Origin: an uncultured Planctomycetales bacterium
GTDB taxonomy: Bacteria; Omnitrophota; Gorgyraeia; Gygaellales; Profunditerraquicolaceae
Direction of reading: 5' to 3'
Length of the DNA stretch: 57,247 bases
Assembly: GCA_964354795.1 (NCBI GenBank)
Contig: CAYHBB010000021.1
Coordinates: 1 to 57,247, forward strand
Positions 30,354-42,249 of this stretch are shown piece by piece. A program made the translations under genes and the position numbers. Every line of letters begins with the position of its first letter. The first letter of the stretch is position 1. The notes under the pieces are model-generated. The model was not told where the DNA came from and ran no database searches. It saw only the letters and a program-made list of their open reading frames with translations.

Positions 30354-31319
30354 TTACCACCTGAATCCTAACCCCGCTCTGACGGTTACTTTTTGGCCTT
30401 CTTTGAGCGCCTGTAAAAAAGCATCGCCGCAGCCGTTAAGGATAGATTTACTAAGTTTCAGGTTTATTCCCAGCTCCTTGTGCAGGTTGTTTCTTAATCT
30501 TAATTCGAGATTTGTCCCGTTTGCGATCCTGCATTCTGCCCCAAAAATGATGCTGCGGATTTTTCCTTCTTCGTAAGGCATCTCAAATAAGAGTCCGAGT
30601 CTTTCGAATATCCTCCACGAGCCAAAGAGCAGAAGTTTTTTCTTCTCTGGCTTTAAACCTATTCCTAGTTCGTATTCCAGACCTCGCTTTGCCGGCTTAC
30701 CCAGGCTCACCTGAAAATTGAATCCGGAATCCAGCTCATTATTTAGGACATAGGATACGCGGTTTTTCTCGGTTATATCCCAGTAGCCTTTAAAGGTGAT
30801 GCTGTGGGTAATTTTTTCCTTTCGTTTTAAACCGGCCTTGGTATAGGTATAAATGATTTGATTTTGTTTGTTCACTTCCCAGGCGCCGACAAGGGTAAGG
30901 GTGTCGTATAAGTCATTTTCTTTTGCTATTAGGAAGCTGAGCCGGTTATAAGTATCAACCTGCCATTTGCCGCTGAGTTTTAGCATGCTCAGGTGTGTCC
31001 TGCCTGCGAAATCTTTGCTGGTTATACTGAAGGCCAGCTCATCAGCTCTTGCGTCGATGATCTCGCCGGCCAGGGTCAACTTGCCTGCGGACGGATTATT
31101 TTCTTTATCCAAAGCAAGTACTAGATTGTGCTCATTATCCAAAGACCACTTTCCTGAAAGCCTTAGCTGTTGCGGTGTGCCTGAGGGGACGGGTTGCTTG
31201 ATGCGGTATGTAAGGGTGTTAGTTTTATCGATATCAAACTCTCCATCTAACACTACGCGCATGATCTTGAGCCTACCGGAGGGGTCAATACTGTATTCTA
31301 CGGTTTCCTTTTTTCGCAT
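30354..31319 (-). CDS. Hypothetical beta-rich repeat protein
   Basis: 321 aa ORF filling gap; repeated L.G.W.h...N.h.(F/Y) units; ends GLGFRW. Confidence 0.75.
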   Translation of the reverse strand: MRKKETVEYSIDPSGRLKIMRVVLDGEFDIDKTNTLTYRIKQPVPSGTPQQLRLSGKWSLDNEHNLVLALDKENNPSAGKLTLAGEIIDARADELAFSITSKDFAGRTHLSMLKLSGKWQVDTYNRLSFLIAKENDLYDTLTLVGAWEVNKQNQIIYTYTKAGLKRKEKITHSITFKGYWDITEKNRVSYVLNNELDSGFNFQVSLGKPAKRGLEYELGIGLKPEKKKLLLFGSWRIFERLGLLFEMPYEEGKIRSIIFGAECRIANGTNLELRLRNNLHKELGINLKLSKSILNGCGDAFLQALKEGQKVTVRAGLGFRW

Positions 31320-31427
31320 GATTTAATAATAGCACAGCCGATAGTCAAATTCTATTGTAAAGGCATATTTTTAGCGGTACAATATTTGCTCCAAGTTTTA
31401 TATTACCCAGTATATGCGGAGGAAGTT

Positions 31428-32381
31428 ATGTTCAGAGAAAAGATCAAAGTTTTAGACTGCACTATCAGGGACGGCGGCCTGATCAATGACCATGACTTTG
31501 ACCTGCGCTTTGTGCGCGCGGTGTATAAGGCGCTGGCTGAAGCGGGTGTCGATTATATGGAGATCGGGTACAAGAACTCCAAGAAGCTTTTTGACCCTAA
31601 AAAGTTCGGGAAATGGAAATTCTGCGATGACGATGATATCAGAAAGGTCATTGAGGGCGTAGAATCCAAGACCAAGATCTCGGTGATGGTGGATGTGGAT
31701 AGAGTAGATATGGACGATATTGCCCCTAAGATTGACAGCCCTGTAGATATGGTCAGGGTTGCTACTTACGTTAAAGATGTGGATAAAGCCATACACCTTG
31801 AGAACAACTTTGCCGCCAAGGGGTATGAGACTACGGTGAATATCATGGCTATATCCAAGACCCTGGATAATGAGCTTACCGAATGCCTACACCAGCTGGA
31901 ACAGGAGAGCAAGGCAAAAATAATTTACATCGTGGACAGCTTTGGTTCCCTTTATCAGGAGACCACAGAATTCCTGATCAAGAAAGCAAAGCATATCCTC
32001 AAGACCAAAGAGGTCGGTATTCACGCCCACAATAACCAGCAGCTGGCTTTTGCCAACAGTATTGAGGCGATCATTCATGACGCCAATTATGTGGATTCTA
32101 CTATCTACGGCATGGGCCGCGCCGCAGGGAATTGCCCTACGGAATTATTATTGGGATTCTTAAAGAATCCCAAATACGATATCCGGCCGGTTCTGGATGT
32201 GATCTCCAAGGAGTTCATTCCTTTGAGGGAGAAGATGGAGTGGGGTTATATTATTCCCCATGCTATTACCGGTATCCTTGATGAGCATCCGCGCACGGCT
32301 ATAGCTTTGCGTGAGAGCGACAAGAAGGAAGATTATCGTGAGTTTTGGGAGAGCTTGGTAGGAGAGGATGATGGGGAATAA
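31428..32381 (+). CDS. DRE-TIM metallolyase, 4-hydroxy-2-oxovalerate aldolase-like
   Basis: LDCTIRDGG, YIVDSFGS, GIHAHNNQQLAFAN, GMGRAAGNCPTE. Confidence 0.85.
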   Translation: MFREKIKVLDCTIRDGGLINDHDFDLRFVRAVYKALAEAGVDYMEIGYKNSKKLFDPKKFGKWKFCDDDDIRKVIEGVESKTKISVMVDVDRVDMDDIAPKIDSPVDMVRVATYVKDVDKAIHLENNFAAKGYETTVNIMAISKTLDNELTECLHQLEQESKAKIIYIVDSFGSLYQETTEFLIKKAKHILKTKEVGIHAHNNQQLAFANSIEAIIHDANYVDSTIYGMGRAAGNCPTELLLGFLKNPKYDIRPVLDVISKEFIPLREKMEWGYIIPHAITGILDEHPRTAIALRESDKKEDYREFWESLVGEDDGE

Positions 32382-33014
32382 ATGGATGTAGCTCTTTTTA
32401 AGAAGAAGCCGCTCTTAGGAATTTTGCGGGGGGTAAGCGTTGATTGTATCGAGCCGCTGGTTGAAACAATGGTAGCTTCAGGCTTAGAGACTATAGAGAT
32501 CACCATGAATACTTCGCTTGCCCTGGAATTGATCAGGAAGGCGAAGCAAGTCGCAAGGGAGCGTTTGGTGATCGGCGCTGGGACTGTACTTACCATGGGT
32601 AGCCTTAAAAACGCTTTAGATAGCGGCGCTACCTTTATAGTGACTCCGGTGTTAGTGGAAGATGTAGTCGGGTATTGTGTCAGTAATAAGATTCCGGTTT
32701 TTCCCGGAGCGCTGACCCCGACAGAGATTTATCATGCCTGGCAGGCGGGGGCTACTATGGTAAAGGTATTTCCGGCGAAATTATTCGGTCCGGAATATTT
32801 TCGCGAGATCCGCGGGCCGTTTAACGATATCCAGCTTTTAGCCTGCGCCGGAGTGACACCGCAGAATTTGAAAGAGTATTTTGCTTGCGGAGCTAACGCG
32901 GTTTCTTTTGGCGCTAGCGTTTTTAGAAAAGAGTGGCTGGAGGCAGGGGATTATAAAGCAATTGGTGAGGCAATGAAAAGGTATATTGACGCTGCGAAAA
33001 AGAATATTATTTAA
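32382..33014 (+). CDS. eda: KDPG/KHG aldolase
   Basis: GILR, EITMNT, IGAGTV, PGALTPTE, VKVFPA. Confidence 0.88.
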   Translation: MDVALFKKKPLLGILRGVSVDCIEPLVETMVASGLETIEITMNTSLALELIRKAKQVARERLVIGAGTVLTMGSLKNALDSGATFIVTPVLVEDVVGYCVSNKIPVFPGALTPTEIYHAWQAGATMVKVFPAKLFGPEYFREIRGPFNDIQLLACAGVTPQNLKEYFACGANAVSFGASVFRKEWLEAGDYKAIGEAMKRYIDAAKKNII

Positions 33015-33016
33015 GG

Positions 33017-33044
33017 TTGACAAATCTGGAACTTGTGCTATACT
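33017..33044 (+). promoter_or_regulatory. sigma70 promoter of cold-shock gene
   Basis: TTGACA-N16-TATACT. Confidence 0.75.
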
Positions 33045-33078
33045 TCTTTCCAGTAGTAAATAAGATTAGAAGTCTAGA

Positions 33079-33117
33079 GGCCGCGAGGTTTTTGATAACT
33101 AACCTTGCGGTTTTTTT
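33079..33117 (+). terminator. Terminator-like hairpin inside the csp leader
   Basis: GGCCGCGAGGTT-loop-AACCTTGCGGTT plus T-run. Confidence 0.6.
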
Positions 33118-33165
33118 GTATCTGTCGTTATTTACTATAAATTGAAGGGAAGGAGGTAGTAAATA

Positions 33166-33366
33166 ATGGCAAAAGGAAAAGTGAAGTGGTTTTCAGATCA
33201 GAAGGGTTATGGGTTTATCACACCTGAGTCGGGTAGCGATGTGTTTGTGCATCATAGCGCGATCCAGGGTGAGGGCTATAAGTCTTTAGCCGAAGGACAG
33301 GATGTCGAGTTTGATATCGAAAAAGGTCCCAAGGGTGAGCAGGCTACTAAAGTCGTGAAACTTTAA
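33166..33366 (+). CDS. cspA: Cold-shock protein
   Basis: [27 protein letters not shown]. Confidence 0.95.
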   Translation: MAKGKVKWFSDQKGYGFITPESGSDVFVHHSAIQGEGYKSLAEGQDVEFDIEKGPKGEQATKVVKL

Positions 33367-33378
33367 CCTGATTCAAAT

Positions 33379-33412
33379 AAAGCCCGGCTTCATAAGGAGG
33401 CCGGGCTTTTTT
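33379..33412 (+). terminator. Intrinsic terminator after csp
   Basis: AAAGCCCGGCTT-cataagg-AGGCCGGGCTTT-TTT. Confidence 0.8.
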
Positions 33413-33416
33413 ATTT

Positions 33417-33528
33417 GCCCCTCGCCTAAGCGCTTGTGATTTCCTGTGGGGTGCCTCAGAAAATCACGGCGCAGGCTTCGGGGTAGGCCCCTTCCTTAAT
33501 AGGATAGGAAGGGCCACCCCTGTGGGGT
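33417..33528. repeat. Family-B palindrome followed by a family-A element
   Basis: GCCCC..GCCT..GCGC..GTGATTT/AAATCAC..GCGC AGGC..GGGGT; GGCCCCTTCCT-taataggat-AGGAAGGGCC ACCCC-tgt-GGGGT. Confidence 0.7.
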
Positions 33529-33570
33529 AGTTTACCTACCCGTAATAGAGGGTAAAATAAGGAGGTTCTT

Positions 33571-33771
33571 ATGCATACGGGAACAATCAAGAAATTGGTC
33601 CGCGAAAGAGGTTTTGGTTTTGTCAGTGATACAGACGGCAGAGAGTTGTTCTTTCACCAGTCCGGGCTGATTGACGCCAAGTTTGATGCTTTAAATGAGG
33701 GGCAGACGGTAACTTTTGAGGTTGAGAAATCAGATAAGGGCCCGCGCGCGATTGATGTACGTGTTGCCTAA
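33571..33771 (+). CDS. Cold-shock domain protein (second paralog)
   Basis: RGFGFV, LFFHQS, KGPRA. Confidence 0.92.
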   Translation: MHTGTIKKLVRERGFGFVSDTDGRELFFHQSGLIDAKFDALNEGQTVTFEVEKSDKGPRAIDVRVA

Positions 33772-33783
33772 GGGATATCTTGC

Positions 33784-35067
33784 ATGAAAATAGTGCTTAT
33801 AGAGCCGGCCGGGACAGAGGCGAGCGTATACAGTAAATTGCATATGCCGTTGTTGGGCCCGGTATACCTGGGGACGATCCTTAAGAATCGGGGGCATACA
33901 GTAGAGATCTATAACGAAGATATCTATACTCCCGATTATTCTAAATTAAAGGCTGACGTCTTCGGTATTTCCATAATGACTTCAACGGCTAAGCGTGGAT
34001 ATGAAATCGCCAAGAGGTTCAGTAAAGAATCAGTGATAATCGGGGGAGTTCACGCTAGCCTCCTGCCCGATGAGGCGCTCCATTATGCCAGGCAAGTGGT
34101 AGTAGGGGAGGCAGAAGAGGTTATTGCCGAAGTGGTGGAGGGCTCAATAACTGATGCTATTGTCCAGGGAAAGGCGGTCCAGGATTTAGACAGCCTTCCG
34201 GTCCCGGATTTCTCACTGATCAAAGGGTATAGGGCCTCTTACCTGACTCCGATTTCCACCTCCCGGGGTTGTCCCTTTGACTGCACTTTTTGTTCGGTGA
34301 CTAAGCTTTTTGGCCGTGAGTATCGTTTTAGGAGCGCAGAGAGCGTTATGGCCGAGATATCTTTCAGAGGAAATAGAGCGTTATTTTTCTGTGACGACAA
34401 TTTTAGCGCCCACCCCAAGCGCACGCGCGTATTGGTCGAGATGATGCTTAAGCACCCGATCCGCAGCTGGTCCTGCCAGGTGCGTTGCGATGTTACCAAG
34501 GATGAGGAGTTGCTCGGCCTTATGGCGCGCGCCGGATGCTCTGTGGTTTGCGTGGGATTTGAATCTGTAAATCACAAGACGCTTCAGGCCTACGAAAAGA
34601 AACAAAGTATAAATGACATCATTAACGCTATAAAGAGCTTTCACAGGAAGAAGATCAAGGTTCACGGGATGTTTGTTTTGGGTTCGGATAGCGATAATGA
34701 AGGCACTGTCTGGGAGACGTTTAAATTTGCTGTAAAACAAAAGATAGATACGCTCCAGATGTCGGTGCTTACACCGTTTCCCGGGACAAAGGTCCACGAA
34801 GAGCTGCAGGCGCAAAAAAGGATCTTCAGTCACGATTGGAGCCTTTATGACGGTCAGCACGTGGTTTTTCGGCCTAAGTTATTATCCGCAAAGCAGCTTC
34901 AGGTGAATGTGCTTAAGGCCTACGTCAAATTCTATTCTCTTTCCCGGTCGTTTTCTTTACTTGTGAAGTTCCATTTCCGTAATGCGATATTTAGCTTTAT
35001 GGGGCACAGGATAGTGCGCGAATGGATGGAGCGTAACCGCAAGATGCAGTGGCTCAAGCAGGCCTAG
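33784..35067 (+). CDS. B12-binding radical SAM protein
   Basis: IIGGVHAS, GEAE, SRGCPFDCTFC, DDNF, GFES. Confidence 0.9.
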   Translation: MKIVLIEPAGTEASVYSKLHMPLLGPVYLGTILKNRGHTVEIYNEDIYTPDYSKLKADVFGISIMTSTAKRGYEIAKRFSKESVIIGGVHASLLPDEALHYARQVVVGEAEEVIAEVVEGSITDAIVQGKAVQDLDSLPVPDFSLIKGYRASYLTPISTSRGCPFDCTFCSVTKLFGREYRFRSAESVMAEISFRGNRALFFCDDNFSAHPKRTRVLVEMMLKHPIRSWSCQVRCDVTKDEELLGLMARAGCSVVCVGFESVNHKTLQAYEKKQSINDIINAIKSFHRKKIKVHGMFVLGSDSDNEGTVWETFKFAVKQKIDTLQMSVLTPFPGTKVHEELQAQKRIFSHDWSLYDGQHVVFRPKLLSAKQLQVNVLKAYVKFYSLSRSFSLLVKFHFRNAIFSFMGHRIVREWMERNRKMQWLKQA

Positions 35068-35107
35068 GCTTGCGCGCGCTTTCGCAGGGAAAATCTCCTG
35101 AAAAAAT

Positions 35108-35135
35108 TTGACATCTAAGGGTTTTGTGGTATAGT
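35108..35135 (+). promoter_or_regulatory. sigma70 promoter of pyrG-carAB
   Basis: TTGACA-N16-TATAGT. Confidence 0.75.
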
Positions 35136-35138
35136 TAA

Positions 35139-36796
<1,658 letters not shown>

Positions 36797-36797
<1 letters not shown>

Positions 36798-37885
36798 TGA
36801 AAGAAGCGATTTTAGCCCTAGAAGACGGAAAGATTTTTAAAGGGAAATCTTTCGGCGCCCAAGGTGAGCGGACCGGTGAGGTGGTCTTTAACACTAGCAT
36901 GTCCGGATACCAGGAGATCATTACCGATCCTTCCTATAAGGGCCAGATTGTGACTATGACTTATCCTTTGATGGGTAATTATGGCGTTAACAATCAAGAC
37001 GTAGAGTCGCGTAAGCCGTATCTCGAAGGTTTCGTGGTGCATGAATACAGTAAGATCGCAAGCAATTGGCGCAAGGATCAGGCGCTGGGAGATTATCTTA
37101 AGGAGAATAAAATTTTAGGTATTGAAGGCATTGATACCCGCGCTCTTACTTTGCATATTCGTTTAGCCGGTGCGATGAAAGCGGTTTTATCTACCGTAGA
37201 CCTGGATGAGAAAAGATTAATAGAGAAAGCCAGGAAATCCAAAGGCCTGGTGGGCGTGGATCTGGTTAAAGAGGTCACTTGCGGTAAGAGATATATTTGG
37301 GGCAAGATAAAGAAGGCAAAATATAGGGTGGTGGTCCTGGATTGCGGAGTCAAATATAATATCCTGCGTGAGCTGTTTAAGCGTGGATGCGAAGTGATCG
37401 TGATGCCGGCAACTGTTAGTAGCGGTGAGATCCTTAAGCTTAAGCCTCACGGTTTGTTGCTTTCCAACGGCCCCGGTGACCCCGCGGCAGTGAAATATGT
37501 GGTTAAGACTGTAGCTGAGCTTATGGGAAAACTGCCGATTTTCGGGATATGTTTTGGCCAGCAGATGCTGGGTCTGGCTATGGGGGCAGATACCTATAAA
37601 TTAAAGTTCGGCCACCATGGCGCTAATCAGCCGGTGAAGGACTTAAAGACGAAAAAAGTTTTGATTACCAGTCAGAACCACGGATTTTGCGTTAATATTG
37701 ATTCATTGCCAAGGAAAAATATCGAGATCACTCACGTGAATTTAAACGACAATACCCTGGAAGGGTTTAAGCATAAGAAATTTCCGGTGTTCTGCGTGCA
37801 GTTTCACCCCGAGGCTTCTCCCGGTCCGCACGATGCTGAATATTTATTCGATAATTTCATCCAGGTAATGAAAAAACATGCCTAA
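36797..37885 (+). CDS. carA: Carbamoyl-phosphate synthase small subunit
   Basis: [43 protein letters not shown]. Confidence 0.97.
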
Positions 37886-39536
37886 ACGAACAGATATCAA
37901 GAAAATCTTAATAATTGGTTCTGGACCGATAGTCATAGGCCAAGGTTGCGAATTTGATTATTCCGGCACCCAGGCCTGCAAGGTTTTAAAGGAAGAGGGG
38001 TTTGAGGTGGTACTGGTGAATTCTAACCCAGCGACTATCATGACTGACCCCCAGCTGGCGGACAGGACTTATGTGGAGCCCATCACCCCGGAGATGGTGG
38101 CTAAGATAATTGAGAAAGAGCGTCCGGATGCGTTGCTGCCGACTTTAGGCGGGCAAACCGCGTTGAACACCACAGTGGCCCTGGCTGAGATGGGGGTGTT
38201 GAAGAGATTTAAAGTCGAGACAATCGGGGCAAATATCAAAGCTATCAAAAAAGGCGAAGATAGAAGGCTTTTTAAGGAGGCGATGCTCAAAATCGGCTTA
38301 GATCTTCCTAAAAGTGATAAGGCCTATAAATTGGAGGAGGCCTGCAAAGTCGCTGAAAAAATCGGTTTTCCGGTGATCATCCGGCCGAGCTTTACTCTGG
38401 GTGGCACTGGAGGAAGCGTGGCTTATAATGCAGAGGAATTCAGGGTCCTTGCCAAGCACGGTTTAGAGTCCAGCATGATCAGCGAGATCCTGGTCGAGGA
38501 ATCTGTGGTGGGTTGGAAAGAATTTGAGCTGGAGGTCATGCGCGACCTGAAAGATAATGTAGTGATCATCTGTTCTATTGAGAACCTTGATCCCATGGGC
38601 GTCCATACCGGAGACAGTATCACGGTTGCGCCCATCCAGACTTTGACCGATAAGGAATATCAGAAGATGCGCGATGCGGCTATTGCCTGTATTCGGGAGA
38701 TCGGAGTTGAGACGGGTGGATCGAATATTCAGTTTGCTCTGAACCCCGATAATGGCCGCATGGTAGTGATTGAGATGAACCCCAGGGTCTCCAGAAGTTC
38801 TGCTTTGGCTTCCAAGGCCACAGGTTTTCCTATCGCGAAAATCGCGGCAAAGTTAGCTGTCGGGTATACCCTGGATGAGATCCCCAACGATATTACCCGC
38901 GTGACCCCCGCCTGTTTTGAGCCCTCTATAGATTACTGCGTGGTGAAGATCCCGCGCTTTACTTTCGAGAAATTTCCTTCCGCGGATCCTACCCTTACGG
39001 TTTCCATGAAGAGCGTGGGAGAGGCGATGGCCATAGGCAGGACTTTTAAGGAGTCTTTGCAAAAAGGCCTGCGCTCCCTTGAGATTAAGAAGTTTGGTTT
39101 AGAGAGCATGCTTTTTGCGGATATCAGAAATATAAAGTTGGAAAGCGATACCCTGGAAACTATCTATCACAAGCTTGTGGTTCCCAATGCAGAGAGGATC
39201 TTTTATCTGGGGGATGCTTTTCGTGCCGGAGTGGGTATGGAGAAGATTTTTGAGCTGACTAAGATCGACAGATGGTTCCTTTACAATATCAAAGAGATCA
39301 TTGACTTGGAAAAAATGATCGTAAGGGCCGCAAGCCTTAGTAAAGAATTATTGAAACAGGCCAAGGATTATGGGTTCTCTGACCGGCAACTGGCCAAGCT
39401 TCTGGGTAAAAAGGAAGAAGATATCTATAAGCTGCGTAAGTCCTTCGGTATTACACCTGTTTTTAAATTAGTGGATACCTGTGCTGCGGAATTCCAGGCG
39501 CACACACCGTATTTCTATTCTACATACGATAAATAG
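37878..39536 (+). CDS. carB: Carbamoyl-phosphate synthase large subunit, N-terminal half only (552 aa)
   Basis: [48 protein letters not shown]; ends at [16 protein letters not shown]. Confidence 0.93.
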   Translation: MPKRTDIKKILIIGSGPIVIGQGCEFDYSGTQACKVLKEEGFEVVLVNSNPATIMTDPQLADRTYVEPITPEMVAKIIEKERPDALLPTLGGQTALNTTVALAEMGVLKRFKVETIGANIKAIKKGEDRRLFKEAMLKIGLDLPKSDKAYKLEEACKVAEKIGFPVIIRPSFTLGGTGGSVAYNAEEFRVLAKHGLESSMISEILVEESVVGWKEFELEVMRDLKDNVVIICSIENLDPMGVHTGDSITVAPIQTLTDKEYQKMRDAAIACIREIGVETGGSNIQFALNPDNGRMVVIEMNPRVSRSSALASKATGFPIAKIAAKLAVGYTLDEIPNDITRVTPACFEPSIDYCVVKIPRFTFEKFPSADPTLTVSMKSVGEAMAIGRTFKESLQKGLRSLEIKKFGLESMLFADIRNIKLESDTLETIYHKLVVPNAERIFYLGDAFRAGVGMEKIFELTKIDRWFLYNIKEIIDLEKMIVRAASLSKELLKQAKDYGFSDRQLAKLLGKKEEDIYKLRKSFGITPVFKLVDTCAAEFQAHTPYFYSTYDK

Positions 39537-39546
39537 GGTTGTAAAT

Positions 39547-39972
39547 ATGTGCCTTAGAATAATTCTATTCTGTTTGTTGATTATTTCTTTTTCTTTTTTA
39601 GCGCAAGCGGAAGAGAAGAATAAAAAGGTTTGTTTTAAGAATGTTTGTGTGAGCGCGGAAACGGCGAGCACTCCGGAAGAAAAGCGGCGGGGATTGATGT
39701 TCAGGAAAACTCTAGGAGAGCTCTCGGGAATGCTTTTTGTCAATCAGCGCGAGGGTCTATATTCCTTCTGGATGAAAAATACGCTGATTCCCCTTGATAT
39801 TATCTGGATCAGCAAAGACAAAAAAGTTGCCTTTATCGCAAAGAACGCCCAGCCTTGCCTTGAAACCTGTGAGGCTATTAAACCGGATTGTCCGGCTCAG
39901 TACATGCTAGAGGTTAATGCGGGATTTATTGAAAAATATAAGATTAAAGTCGGGCAAAGATTAGATTTTTAA
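39547..39972 (+). CDS. DUF192 family exported protein
   Basis: Signal peptide; RGLMFR, GMLFV, FWMKNTLIPLDIIW, LEVNAG. Confidence 0.88.
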   Translation: MCLRIILFCLLIISFSFLAQAEEKNKKVCFKNVCVSAETASTPEEKRRGLMFRKTLGELSGMLFVNQREGLYSFWMKNTLIPLDIIWISKDKKVAFIAKNAQPCLETCEAIKPDCPAQYMLEVNAGFIEKYKIKVGQRLDF

Positions 39973-39991
39973 TCAAAGCAAAAAAATAGTC

Positions 39992-40019
39992 TTGATTCCC
40001 GATGTATTTAGGCTACAAT
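39992..40019 (+). promoter_or_regulatory. sigma70-type promoter
   Basis: TTGATT-N16-TACAAT. Confidence 0.5.
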
Positions 40020-40041
40020 GGGTTAGAGGAGAAAACGCATA

Positions 40042-40269
40042 ATGAAAATGATCATCGGTTTGACATTCCCTGGCGAGCTTAAAGACGAGTCGATCATTTG
40101 CACTCTTTGCAAGAATTTCGATATTAAGCTGAATATTTTTGAGGCATCATTTTCTATGTATTCGGGATGGGCGATACTAGGTATCGAAGGCGAAGAGGAA
40201 GTGCTCAAGAACTCCTTTGAATTCCTAAGGACCAAAAACATCAACATCGAGAAAATTGAGACAAAATAA
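40042..40269 (+). CDS. Stand-alone NIL-domain (ACT-like) protein
   Basis: LTFP....E.II..L...F....NIF.A.....GW..L.IEG pattern, 75 aa; GAGGAG RBS. Confidence 0.7.
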   Translation: MKMIIGLTFPGELKDESIICTLCKNFDIKLNIFEASFSMYSGWAILGIEGEEEVLKNSFEFLRTKNINIEKIETK

Positions 40270-40308
40270 CCTCTTTCTCTGGGCGCTCCAAGGCGCCGAA
40301 GGTTTTCC

Positions 40309-42249
40309 ATGGATAAAGAAGAGGCAATAGTAGAATTTCTAAAAGGCCTGCGCATCTGCCTCAATAACGCCTCGGTTTATTTCAAAGAGCACCCCTACTA
40401 CATCAAGTCGGTAAACGAATTCAAGGTTAAGATAGATTCCCTCCTAGAGTTTATCAATCCTATCAAAGTCAATATCGCGCCGGATTCGCTTTTTATCGCG
40501 CTCACCCCTTACGCCAAATCCCAGCTTTTTACGGAGCTGGCTGCTTTTTTTCATATCCGTAAGATCAAAAGCATAGAGCTGCGTGAAGGGTTGACTATCG
40601 ATGAGCTGCTTAATTTCTTAAGTGCCATTGCCCTTGCGCCCAAAGAGATTTTGAAGCGCGGCGGGGCGCAGAACATCATTAATATTGAGCATAACGCGCA
40701 CTGCTTTGTGGAGCAGCTTGATTATTCTCAGTTATTGGGAAGCGCGGGGGAAGAGGCTAAAGACGTCTGGCTGTATTTGTTCGGGGAAGCGGCTCAGGGC
40801 AATGACGCGCAAAAGATCCAGCAGTGCGTGAACAACTTTGGTTCTGTGGCCGACTCGTTTAATGTGCGCGACCTTACCGAGGATGAAGTGCTTAAAGATA
40901 ACGTCTGCAGGTTTCTTAGCTGCCTCAAGGATGGCCAGAAGGAAGATTATGAGAAGTGCAGCAAGGAGATGTTTAAGGCGGTGTTTAAGTATAAAGACGC
41001 CATTGCCCCTGAGCAGGCACAGAAGATCAAAGCCATATTCAAAGACCTGAGCCAGGACCAGTTCGCGGACTTGCTGCTGGACGGCATCGCCAAAGACGAT
41101 AATTTCGACGCCTTGAGCATGCAGCTTTTTTCCCGGCTTGCCGGAGAGGAGCGCGCGCAGGGGATCTCCGCTTCTATCTTGGCTAATGCAGGCGCTAAAT
41201 CAGCGGTCAAGGAAAATCCGCGTATCGCTAAAAGGGTACACAGCCTTTTATCCGGACCGGACACCCAGTCCCTTTCTGAAGGCTACCGCCACATATTATC
41301 GAGCCTGCTTAAGGATATTTCTTTTGAGAAGGGGGTGTTTTTTGACCGCTCCCAGTTGCACGTCAATTACCGCTATATTCTTTTGACCCTTATTGATGAT
41401 GAAAAGAAGCAGGACAATATCAGTCAAGTGGTGAATAAGTTGGTTGCCGAATGGGGGAATATTGTAAACGACAAGGACACCGTCTTTTTGCGTTGCGCGT
41501 ATGATATTATCAGCAGAAAGAAAAAAGAAAATTTCGCATTCGTCGCGGTATTTGTTGAGCTGGATAAACGCATGGCTGAGTTTATCGAGCATGTGCTTTG
41601 GGAAGGGCAGTCGTTGCCGGATCTGGAATACCTGGTCGATGGGTTGGAGAAGAGTTCTTCGGAAATAGATTTCTTTCTGGGAAAGATTTTTGAACAGGAG
41701 TGTATCAGCCCGCCGGTATTGAAATTATTTTTCAGGTCTTTTCCCTTAGAGAAGGGTAAATTCTATAAAAAGCTTGAGGTCCGTCGTGCGGATATGGATT
41801 TCCTTAGCCGGATGGTCCATAGTTTAAAGATCCTTGATCCGAAGATAACTTTTGAGGCGCTGATAAAAGTCTATGGCTTCACTAATGAGTTAGTGAGGGC
41901 AGAGATCCTGAAAATAATGCAGGGTTTGCCTGAGATAAGCGCGAATTTTGCGCTTTCGGTCCTTGAGAAATCCGGCGCGCGCTTGAAGAAAGAAGCGCTG
42001 GAGATCTTGATAAGGGACGAGCAGTTAAGGAGGCAGGCAGCAGCGGCGCTGCTTGGCATCTCAAGCTCGTTCGGCATGAACAATAGCCTGCTTATTGAGA
42101 ATATGGATCTATGTTCTCAGGCAGGGTTAAAAGAGGCCGGTGATCATCTTGAGTTACTGAAAAACAGGCGGTTTTTCTGGAACCGCGCCGTCAGGGAAAA
42201 GGCGAAAGCTGCTTTGGAGAAGCTGAATGCTGGAGAAAATAGAGAATAA
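40309..42249 (+). CDS. Hypothetical helical (HEAT-like C-terminus) protein
   Basis: 646 aa; C-terminal VRAEILK/LKKEALE/VREKAKAAL repeats; N-domain resembles that of next gene. Confidence 0.75.
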   Translation: MDKEEAIVEFLKGLRICLNNASVYFKEHPYYIKSVNEFKVKIDSLLEFINPIKVNIAPDSLFIALTPYAKSQLFTELAAFFHIRKIKSIELREGLTIDELLNFLSAIALAPKEILKRGGAQNIINIEHNAHCFVEQLDYSQLLGSAGEEAKDVWLYLFGEAAQGNDAQKIQQCVNNFGSVADSFNVRDLTEDEVLKDNVCRFLSCLKDGQKEDYEKCSKEMFKAVFKYKDAIAPEQAQKIKAIFKDLSQDQFADLLLDGIAKDDNFDALSMQLFSRLAGEERAQGISASILANAGAKSAVKENPRIAKRVHSLLSGPDTQSLSEGYRHILSSLLKDISFEKGVFFDRSQLHVNYRYILLTLIDDEKKQDNISQVVNKLVAEWGNIVNDKDTVFLRCAYDIISRKKKENFAFVAVFVELDKRMAEFIEHVLWEGQSLPDLEYLVDGLEKSSSEIDFFLGKIFEQECISPPVLKLFFRSFPLEKGKFYKKLEVRRADMDFLSRMVHSLKILDPKITFEALIKVYGFTNELVRAEILKIMQGLPEISANFALSVLEKSGARLKKEALEILIRDEQLRRQAAAALLGISSSFGMNNSLLIENMDLCSQAGLKEAGDHLELLKNRRFFWNRAVREKAKAALEKLNAGENRE

